Below, piece by piece: positions 60,962 to 64,000 of a stretch of DNA of 64,000 nucleotides. How positions within the stretch are numbered: the first letter of the stretch is position 1; each line of letters opens with the position of its first letter. Source of the stretch: Alkalispirochaeta sp. (GTDB lineage: Bacteria; Spirochaetota; Spirochaetia; DSM-27196; Alkalispirochaetaceae); assembly GCA_965601925.1 (NCBI GenBank), contig OZ271854.1, positions 4,128,001 through 4,192,000 of the forward strand, written 5' to 3'. The position numbers and the translations under genes were made by a program. Below the pieces are notes generated by a model, which was given only the letters and a program-made list of their open reading frames with translations, was not told where the DNA came from and did not search any database.

Positions 60962-62478
60962 TATCGTTCGAAGTGGACGTCGCGAAGGTCGAATGTGTCG
61001 AGCTGGCTGTCCATGTGAAAATCGCGTATCGACGCATCGAGGCCGACGTAACGGTAGGGGCTACCGACGAAGATGAACGGGAGCTGTCGCGCCATCCGCT
61101 CCAGGGCGATATCGTAAAACTCGCGCCGCCGGCCGGGGTCGCCCGTACGCCGAGCCGACTCAATCGCCTCCGCGGTCGTCGGATCCTCCCAGCCTACGTA
61201 GGTCTCCGAGGTACCGTAGCGCGCTAAACGTCCGTGGGGATCGAGCGTACCGGTATGGCCTATCACGGTCAGATCGAACTGCGCTTCTCGATACACGTCC
61301 CCTATCCACGTGGACCACTCCACCAACTGGATACGCACCGGAAACCCGGCTTGACGCAACATTTCGTGATACATCTCCCCGGCTCGCACGTGGGGCTCGA
61401 AGTTCCGCGGGAGCGTGATGACCCACTCGCGATCGACATCAAGCTCTTCGGCGACGCGAGCGGCGGCTGCAGGATCGTAATGATATATATCGGTGAAATC
61501 GCGATAATACGGATTACCGACATCCATGAACGTCGCCACCTCAACGCCACCCGCGTATGCGGTATCCATCACCGCTTGCTTGTCGATCGCCGCATTGATC
61601 GCCTGCCGGACACGAAGCTCGTCGAACGGCGGGCGACGCGTGTTGATTGCAAGCACCATGACCAATGCGGAGGTTCCTTCGTACACTTGAACGCCGGCCG
61701 CGTTACGTAACATCGACAACTCGGGCTCGACGATGATATCGGCGACATCGATTTGGTCCGCTATCAGAGCTTGGGCCATTACCGACTGCTCGGTCACGAC
61801 GCGAAATCTCACGCCGTCGATAAGCGGTTTGCCACTCATCCAGTAGGAAGGATTGCGCTCTAAAACGATCTCGCCGTCGCGAATCCACTCGACGAAGCGG
61901 AACGGACCGGTACCCACCGGTTGCGCCCCGAAATCGTGCCCAGCCTCGATGAGGTCCGCCGGGAGAATCGCCGACCACCCCGACGCGAGAGTGGCCAATA
62001 GCGGAGCGTGGGGCTCGGACAGCTCGATAACGACGGTCCGGTCGTCGGTCGCACGTACCGACGAGATCTCCTCGTACGCGAAGGCGCTGGGGGCGGCAAA
62101 CGTCTCGTCCCGCAACCGCCCGAGAGAGGCCACGACATCGACGGCGGAGAGGCTGCTTCCGTGGTGAAACGTCACGCCGGCACGAAGACGAAACTCCCAC
62201 ACCAAGCCGTCGTCGCGAGACTCCCACGATTCGGCCAGCGCCGGCACGAGCTCACCGGCCCTGTTCGGCTCGATCAGCGTATCGTACACACTCCTCATAG
62301 TTTGAAACGTGAGCGTTCCGGTCGTTGCGTGGGGATCCAGCGTGTCGGGACTCCCGGAGAGGCCGAACACGAGGATCGCCTCCTCCTCCGGATCCTCGCC
62401 GCGTCCCGAGGCGGCCAGCGGTGACGCGGCAATGACAACCAATAGTATCGCGAACCAAGCGCGTATTATCTGACGCAT
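60961..62478 (-). CDS. Peptide/nickel ABC transporter substrate-binding protein (family 5)
   Basis: TLDPH, P.LAESW, LR.GVTFH, VGTGPF and VRQAI motifs. Confidence 0.9.
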   Translation of the reverse strand: MRQIIRAWFAILLVVIAASPLAASGRGEDPEEEAILVFGLSGSPDTLDPHATTGTLTFQTMRSVYDTLIEPNRAGELVPALAESWESRDDGLVWEFRLRAGVTFHHGSSLSAVDVVASLGRLRDETFAAPSAFAYEEISSVRATDDRTVVIELSEPHAPLLATLASGWSAILPADLIEAGHDFGAQPVGTGPFRFVEWIRDGEIVLERNPSYWMSGKPLIDGVRFRVVTEQSVMAQALIADQIDVADIIVEPELSMLRNAAGVQVYEGTSALVMVLAINTRRPPFDELRVRQAINAAIDKQAVMDTAYAGGVEVATFMDVGNPYYRDFTDIYHYDPAAAARVAEELDVDREWVITLPRNFEPHVRAGEMYHEMLRQAGFPVRIQLVEWSTWIGDVYREAQFDLTVIGHTGTLDPHGRLARYGTSETYVGWEDPTTAEAIESARRTGDPGRRREFYDIALERMARQLPFIFVGSPYRYVGLDASIRDFHMDSQLDTFDLRDVHFER

Positions 62479-63131
62479 AACACCCCTCCATCGAGATCGT
62501 ACACCGTATCGCACAGGTACTCGAGTACCGAGTGGTCGTGGGAAATGACGACCATCGCCGGCCCGCGATCAGCACGAATACGTACGAGAAGATTGAGAAT
62601 TCTCGCTTGAACACTCGGATCAAGCGAGGCCACCGGCTCATCAAGAACCAACAACCGCGCGCCGCTCAAAAGGGCGCGGGCGAGCGCGGCCCGTTGCCGT
62701 TGTCCGCCGGACAATTGCGGCGGCCTTACATCGAGAAGATGCTGCGGGAGTCCTACCTCAGTCAATGCATCGACGATTTTTTCACGCACGCGCCGGGGTC
62801 CTCGCAGTACGTCCAGGAGGGACGCAGGCGCGACGGCAGCCTCGGCGAGCGACCACTTCAAAGCGATGCGCGGATTGAGAGACTGTAGCGAATCCTGAAA
62901 TACCAGATGGGCGCACCGTTGTCCGTCCGAGCCATATGCCGAACGCTCCCCGGAAAATCCGTCATCGAGGCCGACGAGGATACGTGCAAGGGTACTCTTC
63001 CCCGATCCGGAGCGGCCGCGAACTCCGATCACGGCGCCGTCGTAAATATCGAGATCGACGCCGCGCAACACTTCATGATCGCCGTAGGAACGGGACACGC
63101 CGCGCAGACTGAGCACCGGTGCGCTACTCAC
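62466..63131 (-). CDS. Peptide ABC transporter ATP-binding protein
   Basis: GRSGSGKS, LSGGQRQR, LDEP and SHD motifs. Confidence 0.9.
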   Translation of the reverse strand: MSSAPVLSLRGVSRSYGDHEVLRGVDLDIYDGAVIGVRGRSGSGKSTLARILVGLDDGFSGERSAYGSDGQRCAHLVFQDSLQSLNPRIALKWSLAEAAVAPASLLDVLRGPRRVREKIVDALTEVGLPQHLLDVRPPQLSGGQRQRAALARALLSGARLLVLDEPVASLDPSVQARILNLLVRIRADRGPAMVVISHDHSVLEYLCDTVYDLDGGVLCVR

Positions 63132-64000
63132 TGTGGCGTGTCCCTATCGACAACGGGATAGAAGCAACGGAACCGCACCTCGGCGTCCCACCCCGGTTCC
63201 TCCTTGCGGCATCGGGGTCGCACCGCGGGACAACGACCGGCAAAGGGGCATCCGCCCTCCTCGGCCCATCGATCCTCGACCGGCAGCTCCGGCAGAGGTT
63301 CGCCGGGGCGATTACGAGCGGGAAGCGAGCGCAATAATATATCGGTGTAGTGATGGTTCGGCCGCGCAAGCACATCCCGCGCCGGCCCGCGCTCGACGAC
63401 GAACCCACGATACAACACGTAGATATGGTCGGCGATGTACTCTACCCCAGCAAGATCGTGGGACGTAAGGAGTACCGTCATACCCTTGCCACGAGAAAGA
63501 CGTCGCAACAGATCGAGTATCCGATCCCGCAACTCGGGGTCCATGGCGCTGGTGATTTCGTCGGCCAACAGCAACACCGGCTCGGCGGCGAGGGCCAGCG
63601 CGATTGCCGATTTTTGGAGCATGCCGCCGGACATCTCAAACGGGAACTTCTCCAAATCGGTCGTATGCAGTCCGACATCTTCGGCGATCGTCACCGCGCG
63701 TCGTCGTGCGGCCGAACGCGACAATCCGCCGACGCATCGTAACACCTCGCGTAATGCTTGCCCAATGCGATGCCGGGGATTCAAATAGCTTGCGGGATCT
63801 TGGAACACCACGGCACGCGCCGGAAGCTCCGGCTCGACCGTCGAGTCGTCGGAGAGTGTAACACGAAGACCCGGCGGCGGAAGTCCCGCCAGAGCGCGCA
63901 GAGTGAGCGTCTTTCCGCTCCCGCTCTCTCCGACCAACGCACACACCGATGACGGCTCCATTTCGATGCGATTCGGCCCGACGATCGTGCGACCCGATGC
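63128..64000 (-). CDS. Peptide ABC transporter ATP-binding protein (DppD-like), 5' end outside the window
   Basis: GESGSGKT, MSGGM and ADE motifs; C-terminal GCPF..RC Cys cluster. Confidence 0.9.
   Translation of the reverse strand, partial: ASGRTIVGPNRIEMEPSSVCALVGESGSGKTLTLRALAGLPPPGLRVTLSDDSTVEPELPARAVVFQDPASYLNPRHRIGQALREVLRCVGGLSRSAARRRAVTIAEDVGLHTTDLEKFPFEMSGGMLQKSAIALALAAEPVLLLADEITSAMDPELRDRILDLLRRLSRGKGMTVLLTSHDLAGVEYIADHIYVLYRGFVVERGPARDVLARPNHHYTDILLRSLPARNRPGEPLPELPVEDRWAEEGGCPFAGRCPAVRPRCRKEEPGWDAEVRFRCFYPVVDRDTPQ

Overview
GC-rich bacterial chromosome segment, most likely a free-living spirochaete (Spirochaetaceae-like). This assignment is inferred from the long-type PPi-dependent PFK, the GxxE-type solute-binding signal and the lipoprotein styles. 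Both flanks (1-14.3 kb, 34.2-64 kb) carry ordinary housekeeping genes: ECF42/YciI, glk, UGPase, dcd, proBA, DAHP synthase, asnS, mgsA, fprA, manA, pfp, ackA and a peptide ABC transporter. The notable part is a ~19 kb minus-strand island (14.6-33.7 kb) that looks like a polymorphic toxin locus. A 3070-aa signal-peptide-bearing helical giant protein ends in an M23 peptidase domain and is followed by a lipoprotein. Behind it are headless alternative C-terminal cassettes (LysM plus HExxH; an L,D-transpeptidase-like H..SxGC domain; a 70-codon tip remnant), each coupled to exported immunity-like genes. Each of the three modules ends in a copy of a 235-420 bp multi-hairpin non-coding element. In two cases the element directly abuts the first base of homology to the giant gene. 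Its substitutions preserve pairing only on the minus strand. No recombinase, transposase or secretion system gene is visible in the window. No rRNA, tRNA or CRISPR array was recognised. All calls are by-eye motif recognition, with no database searches.
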